In this document: positions 11,912 through 20,050 of the stretch, piece after piece
Position numbering within the stretch: the stretch's first letter is position 1
How the letters are laid out: the number at the start of each line of letters is the position of its first letter
Program-made: the position numbers and the translations under genes
IMG/VR virus record: IMGVR_UViG_2049941000_000069
Length of the DNA stretch: 31,978 nucleotides
Strand: one strand, 5' to 3'
Source of the DNA: an uncultured virus (IMG/VR IMGVR_UViG_2049941000_000069)
Lineage: Duplodnaviria > Heunggongvirae > Uroviricota > Caudoviricetes
The notes under the pieces: model-generated
What the model was told of the DNA's origin: nothing
The model's input: the letters and a program-made list of their open reading frames with translations, nothing else
Database searches by the model: none

Positions 11912-11963
11912 GCATTTGAGCGCTTTTCGGTATCATTAAAAAACATTAAAGATTAATGGTAAG

Positions 11964-11994
11964 TTTGGAATATTCCAAATTTATCATTAATTTT
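11964..11994 (+). promoter_or_regulatory. Bacteroidota promoter TTTG-N20-TAATTTT[N] overlapping the 16-bp palindrome TTTGGAATATTCCAAA
   Basis: -33 TTTG at 11964-67, 20-nt spacer, -7 element truncated by the gap at 11995. Confidence 0.55.
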
Positions 11995-12041
11995 NNNNNN
12001 NNNNNNNNNNNNNNNNNNNNNNNNNNNNNNNNNNNNNNNCG

Positions 12042-12746
12042 GCTTTTCTGAGCAATCAGCTTGCAAACGATTCTGGCCGTGACCTCATCATGCAGGCAGT
12101 GACCAACCAAGGAGAGGCAAGCCGTACAGCAATTCAGAGCCTTTCCACTATGTTAGGTCAGGACTTCAACCTCGTGAATGCTGGCGTACAGAACGTTCAG
12201 AACGCATTGGCTACCATCGCAGCTAATCAGGGCATGAACGTGATGCAGGTGGTGAACGCAATCCAGAGCGGCAACTGTCAGCTGGCTAACCAGTTCTCGC
12301 AGTGCTGCTGCCAGACTCAGAAGCAGATTCTTGAGCAGGGCTACCAGTCTCAGATTGCAACCCTCAACCAGACAAATCAGCTCGGTTCTCAGGCAGACCG
12401 CAACGCAAACGCAATCATCAATGCAATCAACGCACAGACCGTAGAGATGGACAACCAGTTCTGCGCTGCTCGCGAGCGCGATATGCAGGCTAAGATTGAC
12501 ACACAGGCTGACATCATAACTCAGCTTCGTGGTCAGATTGATAACGCAAACCAGACCGCTCAGATTACGGGCTATGTCAATTCACTGATTGCTCCATTGC
12601 AGGCAAAGGTTACGGAGATTGCCGACAAGCAACTTCCGACTGTACCAGTTCAATGGCCGCAGATTCAGGCTGTGAATACCACACCTTACATGGGCGGTTT
12701 CAATGGTTTCTATGGCAACGGATTCGGTAATTCGATAGTATTCTAA
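12042..12746 (+). CDS. Gln/Asn-rich helical protein with a QCCCQ motif (first gene of the unknown operon; 5' part in gap or at 11323)
   Basis: Frame open from the gap (AFLSNQLANDSGRDLIMQAV...), FSQCCCQTQ, coiled coil, aromatic/Gly tail GGFNGFYGNGFG. Confidence 0.8.
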   Translation, partial: AFLSNQLANDSGRDLIMQAVTNQGEASRTAIQSLSTMLGQDFNLVNAGVQNVQNALATIAANQGMNVMQVVNAIQSGNCQLANQFSQCCCQTQKQILEQGYQSQIATLNQTNQLGSQADRNANAIINAINAQTVEMDNQFCAARERDMQAKIDTQADIITQLRGQIDNANQTAQITGYVNSLIAPLQAKVTEIADKQLPTVPVQWPQIQAVNTTPYMGGFNGFYGNGFGNSIVF

Positions 12747-12773
12747 CAACAAAGGTTAAGGAGGTAAAAGCGT

Positions 12774-13106
12774 ATGAATTGCACAAACATAACAATTAAC
12801 GCAGGAGGTCAACCTTTGTTGCAGTCTACTGCAATTACGGTAGGCACAGAGACGGTGGATATTGCCCTTGGGTTTAGAAGGATTCAACCAATTGGCTACT
12901 TTACTGTAAGCCTTTCAGACTTGATTCCAGCTGGCACAACGGGAACTCTACCTGTCACGCTGACATTAAACGGAACAACACGCAACCTAACTCTTCCGAA
13001 TGGTACAGCAGCAACCGCAGGCGACCTTGAGGGTGTTAGCGTATTCCTCGTTTATAACGATAGATTCCGCGGACGTTTATTCTTAATGTCACGTACTACT
13101 GTGTAA
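12774..13106 (+). CDS. Small beta-rich hypothetical protein (unknown operon gene 2)
   Basis: Intact 110-aa ORF with AAGGAGGT 8 nt upstream; IPAGTTGTLPV motif. Confidence 0.75.
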   Translation: MNCTNITINAGGQPLLQSTAITVGTETVDIALGFRRIQPIGYFTVSLSDLIPAGTTGTLPVTLTLNGTTRNLTLPNGTAATAGDLEGVSVFLVYNDRFRGRLFLMSRTTV

Positions 13107-13137
13107 CACCCAAGCGTCGGGCAAGCGTTCTTTGACA

Positions 13138-13548
13138 TTACTGATTGACAAGAGACTCCCTTAGTCTTCTTTTATGCTGACCATCCAACATTGCTTGCTT
13201 TGTTTTTGGGTTTTGCATATTAAGAGTTCTGTTGCACCACCTCAAATTTTCTTTTGAGTTATTAAGACCATCTCGGTCTATGTGGTCAACTTCTGGGTAG
13301 TTGTTGTGGTTTGGGATAAAAGCAATCGCTACAAGCCTGTGTATTCCGTACACAAACTTCTTGCATTCTTTTCGGAAACAAACGTAGTTATACAATATTC
13401 CGTTATGAATTGTGGTGTTAGGTCTTAACAACCGTTGTTTAATGTGGTAATCTTTTCCGTTTTTAGTTCGTACTGTTCTATCCAAAGAAACAACGCGACC
13501 AAGCGACGATATAGAATACCATCCTTCCCAACCGCAAACGGGTTTCCA
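13138..13548 (-). CDS. NUMOD4-HNH homing endonuclease; first few codons in gap
   Basis: WKPVCGWEGWYSISSLGRVVS (NUMOD4), then IHRLVAIAFIPN...VDHIDRDGLNNSKENLRWC (HNH_3). The frame extends upstream of the tracked start. Confidence 0.92.
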   Translation of the reverse strand, partial: WKPVCGWEGWYSISSLGRVVSLDRTVRTKNGKDYHIKQRLLRPNTTIHNGILYNYVCFRKECKKFVYGIHRLVAIAFIPNHNNYPEVDHIDRDGLNNSKENLRWCNRTLNMQNPKTKQAMLDGQHKRRLRESLVNQ

Positions 13549-13572
13549 NNNNNNNNNNAAAAGTAATTAACA

Positions 13573-14083
13573 ATGGATTTTTCATCACTTGGACAAGGTA
13601 GTCCTTTTTATATTCTCCGTCAGGGGGAAAAGCCGATTCTTGAGGTCGGTACAGTAAAGTCAAAGACACAGCCGCACGTAAAGTTTCCAACGCAGACTCC
13701 GAACCTTATGACAGGATTGCAGNNNNNNNNNNNNNNNNNNNNNNNNNNNNNNNNNNNTTTCTGAGTTAAATAACTTCTGAGATTTGAAAAGCGGGAAGAG
13801 CCTCAGAAATACTCTTGTCAGTCGGTGGCCAAACCAACCTATCCCGATGCAAAGGTACAAATAAAATTAGAAGNNNNNNNNNNACCAGATACCTTACCAT
13901 AAAGGTGTTATCGCCGAGTCGGAAAAGATGCTTGAGGTATTGAATCCACGTTATGCGGAGGAAAAGAAACAGGCACGAACGATAAGCGACTTGGAAAAGC
14001 GTCAGGCTGCTACCGACGAGAAGCTTGATAGTATCTTGAAGATACTGCAGAAACTGGACTCGCCTTCTCCGAGTGGTGTTTAA
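13573..14083 (+). CDS. Hypothetical protein with C-terminal coiled coil (unknown operon gene 3), in two pieces, 13573-13722 and 13886-14083
   Basis: MDFSSLGQGSPFYILRQGEKP... and ...YHKGVIAESEKMLEVLNPRYAEEKKQ...SGV*; the intervening 13758-13873 contig is non-coding. Confidence 0.65.
13758..13846 (-). ncRNA. Putative structured RNA leader (three-way junction plus pseudoknot), family not recognised
   Basis: Begins 3 nt after a TACCTTTG element. P1 CGGGA/UCCCG, P2 GGUUGGU/ACCGACU, P3 AGAGU/GCUCU; the P3 loop AUUUCUGAG is complementary to two downstream CUCAGAA copies. Confidence 0.5.
13850..13857 (-). promoter_or_regulatory. Bacteroidota -7 element TACCTTTG
   Basis: Matches TAnnTTTG followed by CA, with an AT-rich upstream region. 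Confidence 0.65.
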
Positions 14084-14109
14084 TTCACTAAACAAAGAAA
14101 GGATTCAAG

Positions 14110-14325
14110 ATGGGATACTTAATTTTCAATACAGACCGTGACGATGAGATGCAAAGCGTTCGTCACAACATGCGCAGAATGATGCGTGGTGGTGGCTATT
14201 CTCCAATGATGCGCCACGAAGAAGATAAAGACAGGATGTATGAAATGGGCTTCCGTCACGGATGGGAAGATGCAGAAGATGAGCATTATCGTCGTCAGCG
14301 CGACAGCCGTGGAAGGTATCTTTAG
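14110..14325 (+). CDS. Small Arg/Met/Gly-rich protein ending RQRDSRGRYL (unknown operon gene 4)
   Basis: Intact 71-aa low-complexity ORF with GAAAGGA upstream. Confidence 0.75.
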   Translation: MGYLIFNTDRDDEMQSVRHNMRRMMRGGGYSPMMRHEEDKDRMYEMGFRHGWEDAEDEHYRRQRDSRGRYL

Positions 14326-14337
14326 TAATTAACTTTT

Positions 14338-14371
14338 GGGGATTGGGTGGGTGTTTGCCCGTCCAATCCTT
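14338..14371 (+). other. Intergenic hairpin (possible attenuator or RNA-processing stem)
   Basis: GGATTGGGTGGGT-GTTT-GCCCGTCCAATCC, a 13-bp stem with G-U pairs and only a weak T tract. Confidence 0.55.
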
Positions 14372-14414
14372 TCCAATGTTTAAACAATTAGAATAAATTA
14401 GAAAGGAACAAATT

Positions 14415-14823
14415 ATGGATATGTATATCTATAGAAGCGAAGAAGAAGAGATTTACGACAGCAAGTACCACGGACACTTCAACAAGCGTCTTGCTGATTG
14501 GGCAATCTCTTGCATGAGAAAAGAGAATGCGACGACAGGTCTTCTTGAGCCAGTCAAAAAAAAGACAATTGACGAGTACGATGCGTTNNNNNNNNNNAGC
14601 CAACGACTTGAAAATTTCGGATGAGTCGTACTACGACGGATATTATCTGCTCCACATGTGCTACGCCGACTATGAGAAAGCTCTCGAAGACGATAAGCAC
14701 CGTGCAGCATTCATTGATGAAACCATCTGTGACCCAGACTGTGAGCCGACTGCTGTGCTTGCGTGCTTTGTTGCGAAGATGGAAGAGTGCGGAGTGCCTA
14801 TTTTCTGGGAAAGATTTTTGTAA
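14415..14823 (+). CDS. Helical acidic hypothetical protein (unknown operon gene 5), split by a 10-N gap
   Basis: YHGHFNKRLADWAISCM... joined to ...YYDGYYLLHMCYADY...DPDCEPT...PIFWERFL*. Confidence 0.7.
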
Positions 14824-14829
14824 TAGCTT

Positions 14830-15249
14830 ATGGTAAAGCGATATATAGACATACCTGACAACAAGTGGGGCATAATACTCGTCTACGACTTCGATACGCT
14901 CGACTTCGACNNNNNNNNNNNNNNNNNNNNNNNNNNNNNNNNNNNNNNNNCGATATGCAAATCGTTCGGGATGAGCGAGCGCAACATCAAGAAGTCGCTG
15001 CGCATACTGTCGACGTACAACAGCGGCATGACTGTCAGTTCCGACGAACTGCGCATGTCTGCCGTGTTTATCGGAAAGGCATCATCAAGAAGCCAGTTCT
15101 GGAACACTGTCGGACATGAAGTCGTTCATCTTGTAGACGCAATCGCCGACTATTTCGGTACAGAGTGTGGAAGTGAAGAGCACGCTTATCTGCAAGGTTT
15201 CATCTTCCAGCGAATAGTGGAGGAGATAGCTGAGCCTGTAAAATATTGA
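14830..15249 (+). CDS. HExxH zincin-like metallopeptidase domain protein (unknown operon gene 6)
   Basis: NTVGHEVVH followed by SEEHAYLQG, a candidate third Zn ligand. Confidence 0.6.
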   Translation: MVKRYIDIPDNKWGIILVYDFDTLDFDXXXXXXXXXXXXXXICKSFGMSERNIKKSLRILSTYNSGMTVSSDELRMSAVFIGKASSRSQFWNTVGHEVVHLVDAIADYFGTECGSEEHAYLQGFIFQRIVEEIAEPVKY

Positions 15250-15317
15250 TTTTGGCTTTAAATAAAGCTCTACAAGCGTTGAATTTCTTTATTGCTTACA
15301 ACTTACCACAAAAAACA

Positions 15318-15364
15318 AAAAAGCCCGCCAAAACGTCTTAAAACGCGAAATAAGCGGGTTTTTG
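15318..15364. terminator. Possible bidirectional terminator between the convergent + and - arms
   Basis: AAAAGCCCGC ... GCGGGTTTTT inverted repeat flanked by A/T runs; the loop is unusually long. Confidence 0.4.
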
Positions 15365-15371
15365 GTGTGTG

Positions 15372-15725
15372 TTACAACTCTTTAATCATTTCGACTTCAT
15401 TATCATCGCGAGAAAGTTCCTTGAACCCAAGAATTTCGTACCATTCTTTTAGCCAGATGTTCTTCGCATCAACATGCAAACGTGCAAAGGTCATGTTTCT
15501 ATCACGACAAGCATTGATAGCATATTGCATCATTACCCAACCAAGACCCTTTCTTCTTTCCGTTTCAAGTACAGACAAGTTACAGATGTAGCCACATTTA
15601 GGGAACGTCTTTTCATCAAACTTGACACACACGATAGCCGTTCCGTTACATTTTATTATATCAATACTTCGACCCCACCACCAAGAGTTTTTGTGGTAAA
15701 ACACATCATCGTATTTCAATTCCAT
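15372..15725 (-). CDS. GNAT-family acetyltransferase
   Basis: GYICNLSVLETERRKGLG (acetyl-CoA motif A), LHV...WYEILGF (motif B). Confidence 0.88.
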   Translation of the reverse strand: MELKYDDVFYHKNSWWWGRSIDIIKCNGTAIVCVKFDEKTFPKCGYICNLSVLETERRKGLGWVMMQYAINACRDRNMTFARLHVDAKNIWLKEWYEILGFKELSRDDNEVEMIKEL

Positions 15726-15734
15726 AAGCACAAT

Positions 15735-16052
15735 TTATTTATGTGTAAAAACACCATTATACCAAAACCTTAACTTACTTGGCTTGATACCAACCTTTTT
15801 TGCTACCATATTTTTGTATCGTTTCTTGAACTTTCTTGGCAAACGGCTTCTAAACATCTTGCGGATGCTCTTGAATTGCTTTGGTGTAAGTTGCATATCA
15901 AACGAAAAGGAATATTCTTTTGTTTCGGATGTTGTGTCGTATTGAACATTTATAGGTTCTTCTGATGGCTCAAAATCAAAACCTTCCACCTTGCCAACAT
16001 GTTCAAGTTCCTTAAACTCTTCTCCGTCTATAGGTTTCCAAAAGATTTTCAC
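15735..16052 (-). CDS. Hypothetical protein; start possibly in gap
   Basis: Open frame, basic C-terminus with RLPRKFKKR. Confidence 0.5.
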   Translation of the reverse strand: MKIFWKPIDGEEFKELEHVGKVEGFDFEPSEEPINVQYDTTSETKEYSFSFDMQLTPKQFKSIRKMFRSRLPRKFKKRYKNMVAKKVGIKPSKLRFWYNGVFTHK

Positions 16053-16072
16053 TTNNNNNNNNNNGTTAATCT

Positions 16073-16312
16073 TTAATCTCTTAAACTACTTTCTAAAAGT
16101 TTTATACGTTTCTCAATTGCATCCTTCATGCTTTCAAGCGCACATATCTGGTTTTTCACTATGTTTTTTGGTGATTCACCCTCAATAGGATAATGTAGAA
16201 TGCTTCCATCTACACCTCCTTTTATGGAGATACTACCAACCCATTTTTCAATAGAAATTCCAGACGGGTATTCTCGCTCAATCGGACTAATACTTGTTGT
16301 TATATCAATCAT
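16073..16312 (-). CDS. Hypothetical protein, 79 aa
   Basis: Intact ORF co-oriented with its neighbours. Confidence 0.55.
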   Translation of the reverse strand: MIDITTSISPIEREYPSGISIEKWVGSISIKGGVDGSILHYPIEGESPKNIVKNQICALESMKDAIEKRIKLLESSLRD

Positions 16313-16324
16313 AAGCGTTAAAGT

Positions 16325-16982
16325 TTAAAGGTGTTCGATGTTGGGGTAAAATCTGTTTTCTTCGGAACTCCAGAGGTACTGCTGATGGCAATGTGGACAT
16401 ACAGCCCCTACTCCTGCGTAAGCGTCAAATTCTCTATTACATGATGTGCATATGGCTAAAAATTTGGGGCTGATTTGGACAAAATGTCTGCTAAACCCTC
16501 CGTNNNNNNNNNNNNNNNNNNNNNNNNNNNNNNNNNNNNNNNNNNNNNNNNNNNNNNNNNNNNNNNNNNNNNNNNNNNNNNNNNNNNNNNNNNNNNNNNN
16601 NNNNNNNNNNNNNNNNNNCCACCCTCGACTTCAACAAGTTATTAAGAATCTGTATGGTCTCTTGACCAGAGAAGCGGAAGTCTTTAAGATTGAGTGCGTC
16701 TGATTGAACTTGCGCCCTATAAGATTCGTCAAGCAAATCCTTTAATTGGATAATGCTTTGTTGTGTAAGCATCGTTTCTGCATCTTTCTTTTTTGTTGAA
16801 AGATAAACTTCTTCATCTTCCGTGCCAATAACCTTCTTGAACTCGCTTATGTCGTAAGCAAGTGCAAAAGCGTTTTGTGGCGACTCGCCCAAGACCATCA
16901 TCAATGTAAAGATGTAGTCTTTTTCGTCTATTGCAACGCCTCTTGTGTGCATTGTTGAAACTGCTTCCAAATATCCTACCAT
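16325..16982 (-). CDS. Helical protein with C-terminal zinc ribbon (possibly terminase-small-subunit-like); spans a gap
   Basis: After the gap a different frame reads GGFSRHFVQISPKFLAICTSCNREFDAYAGVGAVCPHCHQQYLW...EHL* (CxxC-x13-CxxC). Confidence 0.6.
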
Positions 16983-17012
16983 GTCTCAATCTTTAAATTT
17001 TGGTTTTATACC

Positions 17013-17504
17013 TTACAGATTTTTACGTCGTGCATACTCTGCGATAAGAAGTCCATCAAAGTCGCTATGCTTAAAGTCTGCAAGTTGTGGAAACAATCTT
17101 TTCCCTATATCTTTGCTTGCCTTCTTCTGCTCGTCAGAACCCTTTATACCCTTCGGAAGAAGTTCCTTCTGCCACTCCTTGCTGTCTACAAACATGTGCG
17201 GTATGCCAAGCGTTTCAAGAAGGATGAGCTGCGCTTCCCAACAGCGAACAGCAGTAATCGTCGCGTTCCAACGCGTAGGATTTATCATCGGACGCTCGCA
17301 TACCACGCGGATGTCGTTCTTGTTGAACTGGCTAAAAATCTCCAAGAACTTCTCGCAGTCAAGACGCGTGATATTCTTTTTGGCTTTCGTGTAGTCTTGC
17401 TCAACCTTAGTTGGAGTGTGATGAATCTGCGGCTGTATATCGTCTCCTACTATACCTATAGTACCAGTCGTACCATTGTCCAACCCAAAAAAAATCTTGC
17501 TCAT
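17013..17504 (-). CDS. RuvC-like Holliday junction resolvase (phage type)
   Basis: GLDNGTTGTIG, VVCERP, KEWQKELL and DFDGLLIAEY form the RNase H-like acidic motif set. Confidence 0.8.
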   Translation of the reverse strand: MSKIFFGLDNGTTGTIGIVGDDIQPQIHHTPTKVEQDYTKAKKNITRLDCEKFLEIFSQFNKNDIRVVCERPMINPTRWNATITAVRCWEAQLILLETLGIPHMFVDSKEWQKELLPKGIKGSDEQKKASKDIGKRLFPQLADFKHSDFDGLLIAEYARRKNL

Positions 17505-17505
17505 A

Positions 17506-17964
17506 TCACCTAATAACGTCTAAAACCTTTGTCTCTTTGAGCTGTTTGAGCTCCATATCCTCAAGTCCCTGCAACATATACTGCTTCACTGCTTGGTGCG
17601 CCTCGTTGATGTCGTGCGCGAACAATGCAACAGTGTACTTGATTTCCTTCGTCACGTCGTTATCGTCGGTGAAGAAGTCGCAGATGGTCGCGAAGAACAC
17701 CTTGCAGTCTTCGTCTCCAGCAGGTCTTTCGTTCACAATCTCTTTGAGCTTCGACTTCTTGATTGCGAGCACCTCGAATCCAGTCTCTGTTCCGAACTCT
17801 TCGTACAGCTTCTTCTCAACGTCCAAGAACGACTCGCAGTTCTCAAGGATGAATGAACGCTTTAATGTCTTGTCGTTGCCTTTGTCGTCCACAACTGTCG
17901 TTGNNNNNNNNNNNNNNNNNNNNNNNNNNNNNNNNNNNNNNNNNNNNNNNCTTTCCCAAATCAT
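17506..17964 (-). CDS. DUF4494-like protein (Bacteroidota family)
   Basis: Duplicated domain pattern SFxDVE...FEVLAIKKSKLKEI / INEAHQ...LKETKVLDVI. Confidence 0.7.
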   Translation of the reverse strand: MIWEXXXXXXXXXXXXXXXXXTTVVDDKGNDKTLKRSFILENCESFLDVEKKLYEEFGTETGFEVLAIKKSKLKEIVNERPAGDEDCKVFFATICDFFTDDNDVTKEIKYTVALFAHDINEAHQAVKQYMLQGLEDMELKQLKETKVLDVIR

Positions 17965-17967
17965 AAT

Positions 17968-18450
17968 CTATTTCTCCTTTATTTCAATGTTAATAATATC
18001 CTTCAGCTCTTTAGGAAGCGTTATCGTTATCGTTCCCTCAGACTTCTTCTCTGTGACAGCATCACGAATTTTGATGATGCGCTTGATGATAGTCCACCTC
18101 TTAGTCCACATCGGCTCAGAGCTGATGAGTTGCGACATCTTGTTGACGCACTGGCCTATGCCGTTCGGCGTGAATCTGTGACCGCCGCATCGTTCTGTCA
18201 TGTCTGCGACCTTCTCAAGCGTCTCGCCAGTCATGTAGCGGTATGCGTACCAGAACAGCCAACGCGGTTGTGCGAGATGTGCTTCGCTGCTTCCTTTTAG
18301 CATATCCCTGCGCTCTATGTTACACAATGACGCTACTGTATCAGCCAAGTACGCCATGATGTCCATCTCGTGTCGCCTGACGGCTTCAAGAATATCTTCC
18401 ACGCTGTCGAGGTTCCGCCAGTCTGACGCTATCATCTCATCGTTAATCAT
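17968..18450 (-). CDS. DnaA domain IV-like HTH DNA-binding protein
   Basis: VASLCNIERRDMLKGSSEAHLAQPRWLFWYAYRYMTGETLEKVA resembles the DnaA C-terminal pattern. Confidence 0.6.
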   Translation of the reverse strand: MINDEMIASDWRNLDSVEDILEAVRRHEMDIMAYLADTVASLCNIERRDMLKGSSEAHLAQPRWLFWYAYRYMTGETLEKVADMTERCGGHRFTPNGIGQCVNKMSQLISSEPMWTKRWTIIKRIIKIRDAVTEKKSEGTITITLPKELKDIINIEIKEK

Positions 18451-18871
18451 CTTCTCTTTTCCTTTGTCTGTTTATGTCGTTGAGTATCTTCTGTTGAGAC
18501 ATCGGAAGGCGCTCCACGAAAAGATTCAGTCTCTGAGAATCCTTGCCCATAACGCCGTCCCATACTCCCACAATGGAAAAACTGAACCGCATGAACATGA
18601 ACTCGCCCTTGTATGCAACAACGCCATCGTCTGCACTCTTCTTCAGGTATGCCTCAAAATGCGGCTTTCTCTGCCGTGTCGTGTACGACTGCGAGTCGAA
18701 GTCGTAGTCCATGATTGGCTTGCGCTTGAGCCACAGGTAGCTGTCGTCTCTGTCTTTGAAGAACGTCGCCTCTATCGGAGACAAGTCGATGCCCTGCACG
18801 CTGACACAGCCCTCGTACTTGCCTCCGCTCTTTCGCTCGACATATCCGTTCGTATATGTGTAGTCGTTCAC
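18443..18871 (-). CDS. Hypothetical protein, 142 aa
   Basis: Intact ORF overlapping the next gene. Confidence 0.7.
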   Translation of the reverse strand: MNDYTYTNGYVERKSGGKYEGCVSVQGIDLSPIEATFFKDRDDSYLWLKRKPIMDYDFDSQSYTTRQRKPHFEAYLKKSADDGVVAYKGEFMFMRFSFSIVGVWDGVMGKDSQRLNLFVERLPMSQQKILNDINRQRKREDD

Positions 18872-18884
18872 TTGCCTTTGTTTT

Positions 18885-20024
18885 TTATTGGACGATTGGC
18901 TGCTGCATTACCATCGGCATGAGTACGTTCAGGTACTTGTCTTTGCTGTCGCTATCGCTTGAGTATATCACGGCAGGTCTGGTGGGAGTAGACATTTCGA
19001 ATACGACGTTCTCTCCATCTATGCTTCTAAGCGCTTCAGACAGTACTTCACCGTTGAAGCATATCTGGAGCTCGCTTTGCGTGTAGTTCTTGCACTTCAC
19101 GGATTCTTCGGACGTCCTTCCGAAGTTGATGTCCTCTGCAGTCACGACCACCGAGTCTTCGTTGAGAGACAGTACGACAAGCTTGCTTGCGTTGTCTATC
19201 GAGAGAACGTGTCGCAATGCCTGAACCATCGTCTCTCTTCCGACCTCGACGCTGACAGGGTTGTCTTTCGGTATGAGCATGTCGCAGTTTGGGTATATCC
19301 CCTCAAGCAGCCGTGCAGTAATCTTGAAGTTTCTGTTGCTTAAAGACACTGCTTTGTCTGTGAATCTGAGCTTAGCATCCTCTTCGACTCCATCAAGAAC
19401 GCTCATAATGACTGACGAAGCTTTCGGTGGTAGAGTGAACTGAGTGTGCTCGTCACTGTTCAGCACAGCATCCTCGACAAGCTTCACTAATCTCATGTGA
19501 CTTGCTCCGTTTACAGTCATCCTTCCGTCTGAGAATCCGAAATGCACGCCGCTCATGACGGGTCGTACAACGCTGTTCTCTGTTGATGTGATGGCAAGCT
19601 TTATGACGTTTCTTACAAGGCTGCTGTTGATGACGACTTCGCTTGCTCCGTCGACGCTGATGTTAGGCTTTGGGAAGTCGTCTGCAGACTCGTACGGAAG
19701 TTTTATATTTCCGCTGATGTAGTCCAATGTAATCATCTTCGCCTCTTCGTCGAGCGTAATCGTGACGTTCTCGTCGCGCAGTGTAGACAAGCAGTTGATG
19801 ACGTCCTTTGCTGGCGTGCAGAACGTCGCCTCCATATCCGATGAAAGTACGTCTGCACGTTCTGTGACCCAGTTCTCCCCGTCGCTTGCAGTGAGGATGA
19901 TGCCTTCGCTTTGTACAATGATGCACACGTCGGAAAGAATCGCGATGCTGTTCTTGCTGTTGATTACCGACGCCACGTCAACAAGCTTCGGCAATACTTC
20001 GTTTACTTCAAAAGTTACTTTCAT
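18885..20024 (-). CDS. dnaN: DNA polymerase III beta sliding clamp (phage-encoded, divergent)
   Basis: 379 aa; KNSIAILS, LTASDGE, ADDFP, RPVMSGVHF, RLLEGIYPN, ICFNGEVL and VLMPM. Confidence 0.93.
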   Translation of the reverse strand: MKVTFEVNEVLPKLVDVASVINSKNSIAILSDVCIIVQSEGIILTASDGENWVTERADVLSSDMEATFCTPAKDVINCLSTLRDENVTITLDEEAKMITLDYISGNIKLPYESADDFPKPNISVDGASEVVINSSLVRNVIKLAITSTENSVVRPVMSGVHFGFSDGRMTVNGASHMRLVKLVEDAVLNSDEHTQFTLPPKASSVIMSVLDGVEEDAKLRFTDKAVSLSNRNFKITARLLEGIYPNCDMLIPKDNPVSVEVGRETMVQALRHVLSIDNASKLVVLSLNEDSVVVTAEDINFGRTSEESVKCKNYTQSELQICFNGEVLSEALRSIDGENVVFEMSTPTRPAVIYSSDSDSKDKYLNVLMPMVMQQPIVQ

Positions 20025-20050
20025 ATAATTCTCTGTTTTCGTAAGTTATG

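Noticed and set aside
13792..13846. Hammerhead ribozyme in the three-way junction
   Set aside because: The junction reads CUGACAA rather than CUGANGA, and the GAAA core is absent.
15905..15922. Third copy of the GAATATTC palindrome
   Set aside because: Inside a coding region, lacks the TTG/CAA arms and has no promoter context.
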